From NCBI RefSeq assembly GCF_001194135.2, contig NC_068985.1, forward strand, positions 22,097,425 through 22,161,424: a stretch of DNA of 64,000 bases, written 5' to 3'. Shown here piece by piece: positions 13,903 through 25,532 of this stretch. The notes under the pieces are model-generated. The model did not search any database and was not told where the DNA came from. It saw only the letters and a list, made by a program, of their open reading frames with translations. This DNA is from Octopus bimaculoides (Eukaryota). The position numbers and the translations under genes are program-made. Positions within the stretch are counted from its first letter, which is position 1. Every line of letters begins with the position of its first letter.

Positions 13903-14420
13903 AATAGTCAATCCTCATTTATTACAGGGGTTTGGTTCCAAAAACACATACTAGTAAATGATATCCATGCACTTGGAAAATAGAATGAATGGTAGAGTCA
14001 TTGAAACCAAACCTGCAGACCACAACAGTGACACTTCCACTGTCAGGTATTTTCTTGGCTGTCTCTACCTTTACATGTAAAAAATACACTTGACTGCATC
14101 ATTGGTTAGAATCAGATGCCTTTGTATCTTTCTGCTCACTGGTCCCAAGTTGATGGGTACAAATATGTAAACGCAAATAAAATATATGCAGCCTCACAGT
14201 ATGTTCATGTAAACACAGGGAATCATCAGTGCATTTGGTGTAGTTCAGCATTGTGAGTTGTCACTGGGGTGCATTCTTGTGGTACAAGTAGAATCTTCAA
14301 CTGATCGCTAACTTGTTTTATCACAGATCAATCGACAATAAGTGTAACATGGTTTACAATTAAGCATACCATGCTATCTCGGATCAGTGATGAATGAATC
14401 AGTGATAAACAAGGCTACAT
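13903..14420. mobile_element. Old Tigger/pogo-like MITE
   Basis: Left end agtcaatcctcatttattacaggggtttggttcc and right end gtgatgaatgaatcagtgataaacaagg resemble decayed Tigger-type termini. Confidence 0.45.
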
Positions 14421-14514
14421 ATATTCACTCGCAGTCTTAACATTGAATGAATAATATCTATTATTCCCATTATAAGCTATTTAATGAAAGATCAAAGATA
14501 TCAAAAGAATCTAC

Positions 14515-14606
14515 CTTATCTTTGTGTTCAACCATCTTTTGTTGGATCTTCTGCACTGCCTTCTGCATGGCAAGCACTGACTGGGCCTGGGCGACTAAAA
14601 GTTGTC
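14515..14606 (-). CDS. Coding exon QLLVAQAQSVLAMQKAVQKIQQKMVEHKDK
   Basis: Acceptor tctattcttcag, donor AAG|GTAGAT, 92 nt, phase 1-0; helical/coiled-coil-like composition. Confidence 0.9.
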
Positions 14607-15768
14607 CTGAAGAATAGAGACAATGGCATTTAAATAAATGACTAAAACCTCAATAGCCAAATAAAGTAATAAAGCAATCTTCAATGACTTATGGAATTAT
14701 GTAAATCATTTGAAGTCTGAATCATGAATATTTTATCAAAAGTTTACTTGAGATGACTGAGAATTCTCACTTGCAATGTTTTCTTCATTTCTTAGCAGAA
14801 AATGTCCCCGCCAAAAAAACAACAATGACAAAAAATGTTTTTATTCTAGGAAGCCTAACTACAAATAAAGATAGAACTGAATGGAATTAGATATTATCAT
14901 ATATGTCGCATATACTATGATTCTGACAATAACATAATTAATTCCTTCAGCAACACATCTATGACAATAATTTGTAAAATAGGCACAGGGCAATAAATTT
15001 GCAAATGAGTGTAAAGTGATTGAATTGACCCCAGTGCTTATTTTATCAACTTTTGAAGGACAAAAAAACAAAGTTAGCCTTGTAGAATTTGAACTCAGAA
15101 CACAAAGGCTTGTAACTACATACTACAAAGCATTTTGACTGATGCTTTATACTCTAACAATTCCTGCAATCCACCACCTTCGCCAGTGCTAATAATGAAA
15201 TATTGTCATGCTCTTGGAGAGTTCAGAATTTGCTGGTGCATACTCTAAGTGAAAACATTCATTACTTATAATTTTCTATAGGCAGTTATTAGATTTCATG
15301 TAGAAAAAATAGTTTTTTGCAGTTCGTTTTATTTTTACACCAGAATATGAAAAAAACATTATGCTACATCTTTTACCAACCCATATCCATATAATATAAG
15401 GTGAATAAATTTAACTGCTTAATTGAATTAATAATTAATAGTAATCTACGTATAGCAAATACAAGTTACTAATTCTAATAACACATGAAATAAAATACTT
15501 TTTTAAAAATTGATATCGCCAGACATAAAAAATTTCCTTTTCCCATCATTTCTTAACAGGAAAAAGAAAAGGAAAACTGTTTCTATTTTATGAAGTCTAG
15601 CTGTAGATAAAAATAGAACCATAAGGATTTTAGCTTTCTTCATAAGCAGAATGTGAATGAGCAGGGAATGAAAAGAACATAGGAATCATAAAAGAACTTT
15701 TGAAACTGGATTGAATCTTTTACTTCCCCAGTTATGCTTGATTACAAATAGACAAAAGTATATCACAC

Positions 15769-15862
15769 CTATTCCATGTTGTAAGTTCTCCAATTCTACA
15801 TTATTCAACACAGCTCGATAAACTCGCTGCAGGTATTCTGCCATTACAGCGATATTGACTTC
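15769..15862 (-). CDS. Coding exon EVNIAVMAEYLQRVYRAVLNNVELENLQHGI(G)
   Basis: Acceptor tttttcttttaacag, donor AG|GTGTGA, 94 nt, phase 0-1. Confidence 0.9.
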
Positions 15863-17027
15863 CTGTTAAAAGAAAAAGAAAATAGTGATCTGTTAGAAAT
15901 TTAAAACACAAAAGAATTTATTATATTAATTATGGATTTTGGAGAATTACTGCTAGTCAGTTTAATATAATTATGAACTTATAATTAAAAGGTCAACAAC
16001 TTATATCCCATCATTAAAATGTTAAAGTGTTATGTTCTATGGTGAAGTTTGTTTAGGTATCACAGCAAGGTACAGACCACTATTGTAGGCAGTAAGTACA
16101 TAATACAATTGAAAAATATTTCATTGTTAAGCTGAAATTCTTCCCACATCCTGGAGCAGACAAGTCTTCCAAAGTAATTGCAATAACCAATCAGTAACAG
16201 GATATTACATTTTCCTCACATTTACACTCACTTTAATGATTTATGAAATTTCAGTAAGATCAGAGGTTTAAATACATTACAGAAGAAAACCATTTCTTCT
16301 ATATCATATTTTAGTTTCCACGCTCGTGTGAGGAAGAAGATATTTGTTTGTCTTTTATTGCTAAGTGTTCCTATCTCTAACTACAAAAAATATGAAGCAG
16401 AACCTCTGAAGCAAGCAGAGTTACTTCCCTTCCCAAAGTCGGACCATAACGCATAAAACCCTCAAGTTTTATTCAGCGATTCAAGATTTTTAAAACATGT
16501 ATGATACATATATTGTTTTTGCTGGCTTGTTTGCTTTGCTTTTTCAATATTTTAATTAAAATTCAAATGTTTGTTTGGATGTACTTTGTTTTTTCGATGG
16601 TGAGATCTGTTAGTGAAATTTGAAACAAATACAGAAATGTAGAAATATTTCACTGTTTCTTCATGTTTAAGCATCAGAGAAAAACTTAGATTAACACAAG
16701 CAAAAACTTGCTTTTAATTTTTATTTTCATTATGGTACTTTCACAGTAATTTAATTTATGATTTTGTTACACCTTGAACCCTTGTAGCCTCAAAATATCA
16801 AATAGTTATTATCCTTGACCACACTCAAACTCTTTTCTTCTTATATTATTTTCTAAGCCTGCTATAATATACTTTTAATTACATAACTGAACTTCAGTTT
16901 GATGTTACTGTTACATTAACAAATAATTTACTGTCATCACCATCAATAGCAAGATAAAAAAAGTATAATAATGAAGTTAGTGTAATACAAAATATTTATA
17001 TAAAGTTTTAATATATCAAAGAATTAC

Positions 17028-17059
17028 CTCATTAATCTGTGTATCAGACAATCCTTTAG
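17028..17059 (-). CDS. 32-nt coding exon (A)KGLSDTQINE
   Basis: Acceptor ttctgttttgtag, donor GAG|GTAATT; needed to convert phase 1 to phase 0. Confidence 0.85.
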
Positions 17060-17175
17060 CTACAAAACAGAAAAAACATTTAGTAATTTTGTAAATATAA
17101 TTTTCTAATTAAAGATATGAAATGAAATATAAAAAATAGGTATCTATGGGTTTTGTAAATGAAATTCATATTTAC

Positions 17176-17277
17176 CTTTGAGTTCACGGACTAATTTTTG
17201 ACGGTACTGAATGTGCCAACTTTTTGATTCTTTATCAACTATATTACTCAAAATTGGTAAGCAGTTATTAATTAAAT
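17176..17277 (-). CDS. Coding exon (N)LINNCLPILSNIVDKESKSWHIQYRQKLVRELK
   Basis: Acceptor gttttccag, donor AG|GTAAAT, 102 nt, phase 1-1. Confidence 0.9.
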
Positions 17278-17591
17278 CTGGAAAACATTAAAATTTAGTT
17301 TTTATTAAGAGGATGTGAATTTGGTCAAATACGAGGTACAGCAATCAAATAAAAATGAATTTTAGGTGAAATTAAAAACTTTTGAGATCTTTGAGCATAT
17401 AATTTTCAATCAGTAAAAGAACGAAAACAATTAAATTGTATTTTGCATTTAATTTTTACTAGTTCTTCAAAACATATTATAATGAATTATCCTTGTAAAA
17501 TAGTGTAGACCTGAGCTGACTACTTTCTAAGTCTTCATAGGAATACTACTGCTCCAAGAAGTTTTCACAACTAATATGTGGTGCAGCTTCC

Positions 17592-17634
<43 letters not shown>

Positions 17635-17835
17635 CTTTTATAAGTAATATTCTAAAAGAATATATAACTGAACTTATATTGAGTGCTCAATCGTATATTG
17701 AGTACGATCGTAAGATATTTAACTCCTTAAATTTTAGGTTCTTTTATATTTTATATTTTAGACTTTACAATATTCATGCTTAATTACGCATAAATTTTTA
17801 TACGCATTTATATTCACACGTATATATATATATCT

Positions 17836-17845
17836 NNNNNNNNNN
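17836..17845. other. Assembly gap (10 N) inside a TA microsatellite
   Basis: Run of N. Confidence 0.99.
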
Positions 17846-17893
<48 letters not shown>

Positions 17894-18175
17894 CATAGCA
17901 GATCCATATCAATGTATCACTCATAAACATTAAGTAATTGCTTTTATTAATCTTTTTAATGACTTAAACAGAGGAGGAAGGGTAGTACTTATAACTGTTT
18001 GTAGAGCATCCCAGATGTTTTACAAACATATAAACAGCCATATTTGGTACATGTCCCATCATACACTGCAGATCATCTGCATTCATTATTGTATTTAACT
18101 ACAGTACAATGTCATACTCCTTAAATATGCCTTATCTAGTATACCTTTTTTTAATTGAAATAGGAACATCAAATT

Positions 18176-18625
18176 CATCATCATCATCATCATCGTTTAA
18201 CGTCTGCTTTCCATGCTAGCATGGGTTGGACGATTTGACTGAGGACTGTTGAAACCAGATGGCTACACCAGGCGCCAATCTGATTTGGCAGAGTTTCTAC
18301 AGCTGGATGCCCTTCCTAACGCCAACCACTCTGAGAATGTAGTGGGTGCTTTTACGTGCCACCGGCACGAAGGCCAGTCAGGCAGTACTGGCAACGGCCA
18401 TGCTCAAAATGGTGTATTTTACGTGCCACCTGCACGAGAGCCAGTCCAGTGGCACTGGCAACGATCTTGCTTGAAAGTCTTTACACGTGCCACCAGCACA
18501 TGTGCCAGAAAGGCGATGCTGGGCACAGGTGCCATCACGATTTTGCTTTCGCTTGCCCCAAGAGGTCTTCGCAAGCCAAGTTTTGTGTCCAATGAAGGAG
18601 ACGACGTTGGCATGGGTGCCAGTTG
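18176..18625 (-). mobile_element. Young retroposon with RTE-type (GAT)n tail and internal ~60-bp repeat array
   Basis: Tail ...catgctagcatggaaagcagacgttaaacgatgatgatga on the minus strand; repeats of ttttacgtgccacc..gcac..gccagtc; flanked by tcaaatt repeats. Confidence 0.8.
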
Positions 18626-19739
18626 TCAAATTAAGTTCAATTTCGATAATAAATTAGGCCTGGTGACAATTAAATCTTCAGATTAGAATCACCTAACAAA
18701 TAATATAAAATATAAAAGTGCTAGAGCTTGAAGTTTTAGAAAATATAAAAACGTTGTTCTCATCATTATCATCGTTTAACATCCACTTGCCATGGGTTGG
18801 GAAATTTGACATGGAGCTGGCTAACTGGGAGCTGTCCAGATTCCAATTGTTTGTTGTGACATGATTTCTATGACGGGATACCCTTCCTAATGCCAATAAC
18901 TTAACAGAGTCTGTTGGGTGCCTTTCACATGCCACTGGCATGGGTGCATTTATGCAGCACCAGCAGAGGTGCATTTATGCAGCACCAGCACAGGTGCTTT
19001 TTATGTGGCACTGGCACCTGAAAGGACAGTCCTGTATGTGTGGGAGACAGCAATTTTACATAGTTTGACATGTCTTATCTAAACTAAATACTCAATTCCC
19101 ATTTCTATTAGTTTACAACTCATAAATCAATGACAAAGTGTTACTAGGAAGAAGAAAAAAAAAACTAATACACTGAATTTGTGTTTTTTACAAGGATTAA
19201 ATATATAAATTAATGTACATCCTATTTGAAATGAACAGCCAGTTTATTATCAGCACAATGAGACTCCCAAGATACAATAAAAATTTATTATAATTAATTT
19301 ATTTTTGTTGCTAATCTTTTGTTAAATTTACATTTCTGAAATATTTGTACATTTTTTTATCTCGTCTATCTACTTCCTTATTATTCAATACTTCACTATA
19401 GTTATAGATTAGGACAATGCAGAGAAATAAGTATATTCTAAAGAGAATTAGTGTCTCCTTGTGAAATTACCTTTGTTAAAAAGCCTTAGGTCTATATGCA
19501 GACCCTGTGGAGTTTGATAATAATAAGGTATAGGTGGTGGTCTGAGGTCAGCAGTCTGTAAAGAAGAAAAAGTAAATATTTATAAAAATAATACAAATAG
19601 ATATTTTCTTCGGAATAATTATGTGTATTTTCAAATGTGTTTACCATATAAAGCAAGATATAATAAAGCTGGCATAAACCAATAAAGACACTCACATAAG
19701 CAAATATAAAGAAAAACATTGTATATTGCTATTGTGAAG

Positions 19740-20090
19740 AATGAAGAACATTGACTGGCTATGGCACAGAAGCCATAGAAAGATCCATGCTAGGAATATT
19801 CTTGTGGAAGCATATCCAAAATGAAGTAATTCAAGAATGGAGTGGAGTGAATGATGTGATTATGGAATACTGAAAGCACAAGTTCCACTGGCCCAGAAAT
19901 GCTGTAAGGCTCTCCCAGATAACAGATGGTTCCATGCAATTGTTGAGTCTTATCCAAAAGATCAGAAAAGACCTCTCAGAAGATCTCCAAAATGATGGAA
20001 AATTGAAATAGTGAAAAAAAGTTCAAGCCCAAATGGAAGAGAAAGGTGCAATCAAAGGAAGACTGGAAGTGCATTGTGGCCATCAACGTC
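19740..20090 (+). mobile_element. Decayed LINE ORF C-terminal fragment (RTE-like)
   Basis: Frameshifted pieces ERSMLGI..KHIQNEVIQEWSGVNDVIMEY*KHKFHW..DNRW..YPKDQKRPLRRSP, typical of the RTE C-terminus. Confidence 0.6.
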
Positions 20091-20134
20091 AAAGGACTTC
20101 TAAGTTTGGTCAAGAGAGTGAAAGAGTAACTTAC

Positions 20135-20277
20135 TAAAGCGTTCCAGGGGAGGTAATTCTAAGGCATCTACTATTTTCACGGGATGTTCGCAAGTAAAAT
20201 TTGTTTTTTCTGATGTGAATTCTCTAGTTTTCAAAATGACATTTCCACAACTTAATTGTGATGTGAAATTTGTCTTT
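20135..20277 (-). CDS. Coding exon KTNFTSQLSCGNVILKTREFTSEKTNFTCEHPVKIVDALELPPLERF
   Basis: Acceptor ataaacag, donor gtaagt, 143 nt, only one frame open, phase 2-1. Confidence 0.85.
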
Positions 20278-20498
20278 CTGTTTATATTTGATTTATAAAA
20301 TAACAATTTCAATACTTATACAGTTTATCTTAATGATTTAATGAATATAATAACAAATTAGCATTCATTCTGTGTCTAAAAAGAATCATGTAAAATTAGT
20401 ACCATGCAAATTCAAAATCTAATGAACTCAGCAGCCAATAATATATGTTTCTGCCTACATATATTAAGTTTTTAGCAGACGTTTTCTGCCTATAAAAA

Positions 20499-20554
20499 AC
20501 ATGAAGTAAAACTATTTTATGATAAGACATGAAGTAAAACTATTTTATGATAAG
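20499..20554. repeat. Perfect 28-bp tandem duplication
   Basis: acatgaagtaaaactattttatgataag x2. Confidence 0.95.
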
Positions 20555-22789
20555 AGTTTATACAAGTTGTTAATGTTTTAAATATAACTTTTAAATTAAA
20601 GTCATGAACAGATGAGATGGTATCATTTTCGAAATTATATTACAGTATCAACTGCTTTTTGCAGAATACCAGTTAATTAAATATATGCAATCTATTTAAG
20701 GAACATACAATAATATTCATCTATTAATAATGGTTTCAAATTTTGGCACAAGGCTTAAAATTTGGGAGTGGAGTAAATCGATTATATCAACCCCAGTACT
20801 CAACTGGTACTTATTTTATCAACCCTGAAAGCATGAAAGGCAGAATTGAACTCAGAATATAAAGATGAACGAAATTCATCTATAAATAATAACATGCTCT
20901 TCAATGGCACAAATTTGGAAAGATGGTTCTGGAGTCAGTACATTTGTAGAAATCGGATTCACTGAATAGATTATATTAGTACAATCTACAGAAGAGAGCA
21001 ACAATATATTTTGTAGCAATTTGGTCTGTGAGGGTTGATGAAAATACAGAAAATGTCAGATAAATGTAAAAGAATAAATGAAGAAATATTCCGACATGGC
21101 TTACTAAGTCTATGCTTATCTTTAATGTCTAGTGTATTAAGCTTTTGAAAAGGGTAAATTTCCTCTTGGATATGATGTTAGTCTACAGCAAATGAGTTTT
21201 TCTCACAGGTGATATTAACATTAACCTCAGCATTGCAAACCAATAAAAGATGCATCAATTTTTGTTGTGATGATGATGCTAGCTGCTATTCACAGATGTG
21301 AATTATACCAACCTGCAATACCTTTTTGCAACTAACTAGATTCAGTTGTTAAGAGCTAAATATTTTAACCAGTCTACATCAAGTGCCAGAATATGAACTA
21401 CTGATCTTTCAGCTGACTGTCTGGCACTCAACCAACACAGCCATTCACACACTCTACCATAAACGTATTCCATACATGCTAATTTACAATTTCTTTAAAC
21501 ATACCTTGTGCTTCTCTGTTCTTAACATCTTGCATTTTTCTTTGACGTATTCACAAAAACGATTAAATTCTTTACGGCTGTGTTGCTGCAAATGAAATGT
21601 TAGGTGAAAATTAGATTTTATTAAATAACAAAACAAGGGAAAATAATGGAAACATAAATTCTTGTACATTAAGCCTCAGAATAAATTGAGTTGGACGGTT
21701 TGACAGAATCAAATGAACCAGAAGGCTGCATCAAGCTCCAGTGTTTACTTTGACATGGATTCTATGGCTGGATGCCCCTCTTTTAATGCCAAGCACTTCA
21801 CATAGTATACTGAGTGCATTTTTCTTTCATGACACCAGCACTGGTAAGGTTACCAAATAACAAAGAGAAAGTCTCCTAGACTGAATGGAGTTCTAGTAGA
21901 GAAGGAGGTGGCTTTATGCTAGGAGTTGAGAGGTTAAGGTATGATAAAGAGTCAGGTACAAGTGTCTTACTATAGAGGAGATACATGGTTACCCAGCATA
22001 ATATGAGAGTATGTGGGAGTAACTAGTAAGAAGACAAAGATTGTGGTGACAAGTGTCAAAGCATACTCTCAAGATATAAGAAGGTGAGTATAAGAGAGAA
22101 TATTGACAGAGGATCAGGAAGTGTTGGTGGATAAGTTTATAACAGTATGAGAGGAAAGTGACAGATGGCTAGATGAAAGTAGAAGTGAATGTAGTAAATG
22201 ATGAACAAAAATGGAGGTGTGGTCAATAGTAAATATTAGTATGGGGGAGGGAGGTTAAAGAAACAGGAGTGGCTCAGGGAGGAGGAAGTGATAAAAGGCA
22301 GTACAGGAAAGGTGAAGAACAGAAGTGTAATAATTTGTAGATAGACCAGAAAATATGGAGATGATGTACAAAGAGGGAGAGATGTACAGTGACAGAGATG
22401 GATATGAGAGGTATATAGGGGAAGCTATAGTGAACAGGTGACAGATGTGTGTATGGGAGGGGGGCACCAACAGCAGATATGAAAGGGTGTTAAAGATGAA
22501 GTATGGCAGTCCAAAGATAGTGAGAAGGGATGATATTGAGAAAGAGAGAGGGATTTTAAAAGCAAATGGTTCCAAAGAGAGAGTGTGAAAAGTAACTAGA
22601 AGCCCAAAGTGGATGAGATATGTGCAGATTCTGCCCTCATATGATTATAACAACTGAATAGTATCATAGTTAGAATAGTGATTGAAGGATGGAGGCTAGT
22701 TAGATGAGAGATGGGAAGGACTGATAGGAACAAACTGAGTGCAGAGGCAGGACCTAGAGAATGTATTGACACAAATATAATGCTTTTAG

Positions 22790-22918
22790 GACCATCTTGG
22801 ACACAGCAAACCACCAGTACCTTATCATCTCCTCTATGAAGCTCAACATCTTGAGATCACCCTTCGCTGCTTCATTCCATGTATTTTTAGATCTCCTTCT
22901 TCTACAAGTTCCATCCAC

Positions 22919-22920
<2 letters not shown>
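22790..22920 (-). mobile_element. RTE LINE 3' coding remnant
   Basis: VDGTCRRRRSKNTWNEAAKGDLKMLSFIEEMIR resembles the RTE terminal GRPRKTWxEVVKxDL motif. Confidence 0.5.
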
Positions 22921-22950
<30 letters not shown>

Positions 22951-23006
22951 NNNNNNNNNNNNNNNNNNNNNNNNNNNNNNNNNNNNNNNNNNNNNNNNNN
23001 NNNNNN
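22951..23006. other. Assembly gap (56 N) inside a TA microsatellite
   Basis: Run of N. Confidence 0.99.
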
Positions 23007-23840
23007 ATATTATATATATATAGTCAATACCAGGTAATTACTGATAACTAAGAACTGATTTGGCTACATAGAGAAAATCTCATAAATAGTGGCATGTATG
23101 AAGAAGGGCATTCAGCTGTAGAAACCCTACCAAAGTAGACAATGGAGCATGATGTAGTCCTTGGACCCATCAGATCCTATCAAACCATCCATCATATGCC
23201 AGCATGAAACATGGGTGTTAAATGATGATGGTGATGATCTGGACTGCAAAGTCTCTAAAATGGATTTAAAGAATGCAACCAAAAATATCTTAATCTTCAG
23301 AAACTTGTAATGCTCAACAGAAACATAGTTAATTCTTAACTTATTAGCAGTTAACCAAGCAGTATTACCAGGAAGTTAAGAATTTTTCTATTCTCATGTG
23401 TGTATATAAATATATATGTATATGTATATATATGATGGGCTTCTTTCAGTTTCCAACAATCAAATCCACTCACAAGGCTTTGGTCAACCCAAAGACACCT
23501 ACTCAAAGTGCCACGTAGTGAGACTAAACATAGAAACATGTGGTTGGGGAGCAGGCTTCCTACCGCACAGCCATACCTGCACCTATATATTTACATAATA
23601 TTTCATTCGGTCAGTTGTGTATATTCAGGATGAATTATGAATAATAGACTACAATGTATTTCACATTGAATTATTTACAAATATATGGAATTAATATTAG
23701 AAAACATTTGATTTTTTACTGAAATGCTCAAAAACCTCCTTTAATAACTTCTTGAGTCTCCAGAAAAAATCCGATATTGTAAAACCATACGTTCACTGTT
23801 TTATAATTACTGTTTAGTAAATCATTCCAACTCAAAATAC

Positions 23841-23892
23841 CTATGTTCTATCGTTTTAATTTTAAGGCTGTACCTGATTAAACTGTTGTTGA
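23841..23892 (-). CDS. Coding exon (V)NNSLIRYSLKIKTIEH(R)
   Basis: Acceptor ttttattttgatcttaaag, donor AG|GTATTT, 52 nt, phase 1-2; supplies the phase-2 end the next exon needs. Confidence 0.7.
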
Positions 23893-23991
23893 CTTTAAGA
23901 TCAAAATAAAATACAAAAGTACAAACCCTAATATCAAGTTCAGCAACTAAGTACCGCATATGCTCTTCCCTAAGTTTTCCACATAAATCAC

Positions 23992-24024
23992 CAGGGGTCG
24001 TTGAAGGCATGCCAATAATGATAT
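23992..24024 (-). CDS. Short coding exon (D)IIIGMPSTTP, or the 5' part of a single 23841-24024 exon
   Basis: Acceptor atatttcag at 24025-24026; candidate donor CTG|GTGATT; 33 nt, phase 1-1. Confidence 0.65.
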
Positions 24025-24752
24025 CTGAAATATTTAGGAAGGGAATTGTTATATGCAAAATAAAACAAGATGTATTTTAAAAATAGATGTTTGTAAAATA
24101 AAAATGAATTAAAATTTTTGGATGTGCGACTGAAATACCATTTCAACAAAGAAGCTTAGTTTACTGTATTTTTCACTTTTTACTTGTTTCAGTCACTGGA
24201 CTGTAGCAATGCTGGGCCACAACCTTGAAGGGTTTAGTTAAATATATCAACCCCAATACTTACTTTTTAAAACTAGGTACTTATTTTATTGGTTTCTTTT
24301 GCCAAACTGTTGTCAAGCAGGCGGGGAAGAGATAAACACAAACACACACACACACACAAGTATACAACAAGCTTTCACACAGTTTCCATCTATCAAATTC
24401 ACTATTCACTCACAGGGAATTGGTTGGCCTTGCCCACAATACCACACAGCAGGGCTGAACTAGAAACCACATGGCTACAGAGCTTCTTAATCTCACAGCC
24501 AAGCTTGTGCTATAGCCATGCATGCAGCTACAGTAGGTGATAAAAATCTGATACTGTTATAGTCTTAAAACTTACAAATATGAGACAATCACATTTAATG
24601 ATCTAAGTAGATCTAACATGGTATCAAGTTTATGTTGTTAAAACTAGCTGTTTACATTTAGAGAATCAAACAAAACCATTGACAACTGGGACAAGCCTTT
24701 GAATTAAAACTGAAACTGAATAAATTTAGCTTGTTGGTGTATAAGTACTTAC

Positions 24753-24870
24753 CAAATATTTTCCATAAACCTCGAGCCCAGCTTTTTATCCCTTCTGATA
24801 AACTGAAGAAATGTGAATGGAATCGGTTCCGAGCTGTAATCAGCAGAATTCTTAATGCTAACGCTGTGTC
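24753..24870 (-). CDS. Coding exon DTALALRILLITARNRFHSHFFSLSEGIKSWARGLWKIF
   Basis: Strong acceptor cctttccttatag, donor gtaagt, 118 nt, phase 0-1. Confidence 0.9.
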
Positions 24871-25161
24871 CTATAAGGAAAGGATGCAAGAAATATTGGT
24901 AAGATAATAGTTTATAAATGTATATTTTACAAGATTTTATAAAATTGTTGACTAGAGTAAAAGTTTCTTTGCTATAATGTATTTACCACTTCTATACAAA
25001 TCCTATACAGATTTGAAACTTACCTTACTCATATTAATACATTGCAAAATGAATGAATCAAACAAATCATAATTATCTATTTTTTTCTGGTATTCGTTTT
25101 CACATTATTAGAGATTGATGATGTCACATAAAGCAAGAATTAGCAATGACATACTACTTAC

Positions 25162-25267
25162 ATCAAGAAGTGTTTCATGGGATCGTTTTGAACCTTTCTG
25201 CAGCAGTTGACTAAGATGCCATTTATGTGTTTGGCCAGGAAAATGAATACTGTCTACTTCAAATTCC
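25162..25267 (-). CDS. Coding exon EFEVDSIHFPGQTHKWHLSQLLQKGSKRSHETLLD
   Basis: Acceptor ttgattttag, donor gtaagt, 106 nt, phase 2-0. Confidence 0.9.
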
Positions 25268-25532
25268 CTAAAATCAATGGATAATGAATATGTAATTAGA
25301 AACAAAAATGCAAAAACAAATTTGGACAAACAGACTAAAGACATATATTTAATGAGGAAAGTTACAGCAATATTAAACAAAGATATGGTCAGCCAACAAG
25401 GAAGCTTCTATATATTGTTTGACCTACAAAAAATAACAATCAACATCTCCCTAAAAAAAGAAAATAAGAACATATTCCACAATCTGGTCCTAAATACACT
25501 ATCTCTAAAAATAGGAATTTAAAACTGCTAAT

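Noticed and set aside
20885-20985. Minus-strand exon-like frame CTNIIYSVNPISTNVLTPEPSFQICAIEEH
   Set aside because: No donor giving the required phase; the gene joins cleanly without it.
24770-24898. Apparent plus-strand exon PRAQLFIPSDKLKKCEWNRFRAVISRILNANAVSYKERMQEIL ending at gtaaga
   Set aside because: It is the antisense of the minus-strand exon 24753-24870, which has stronger splice sites and fits the gene's phases.
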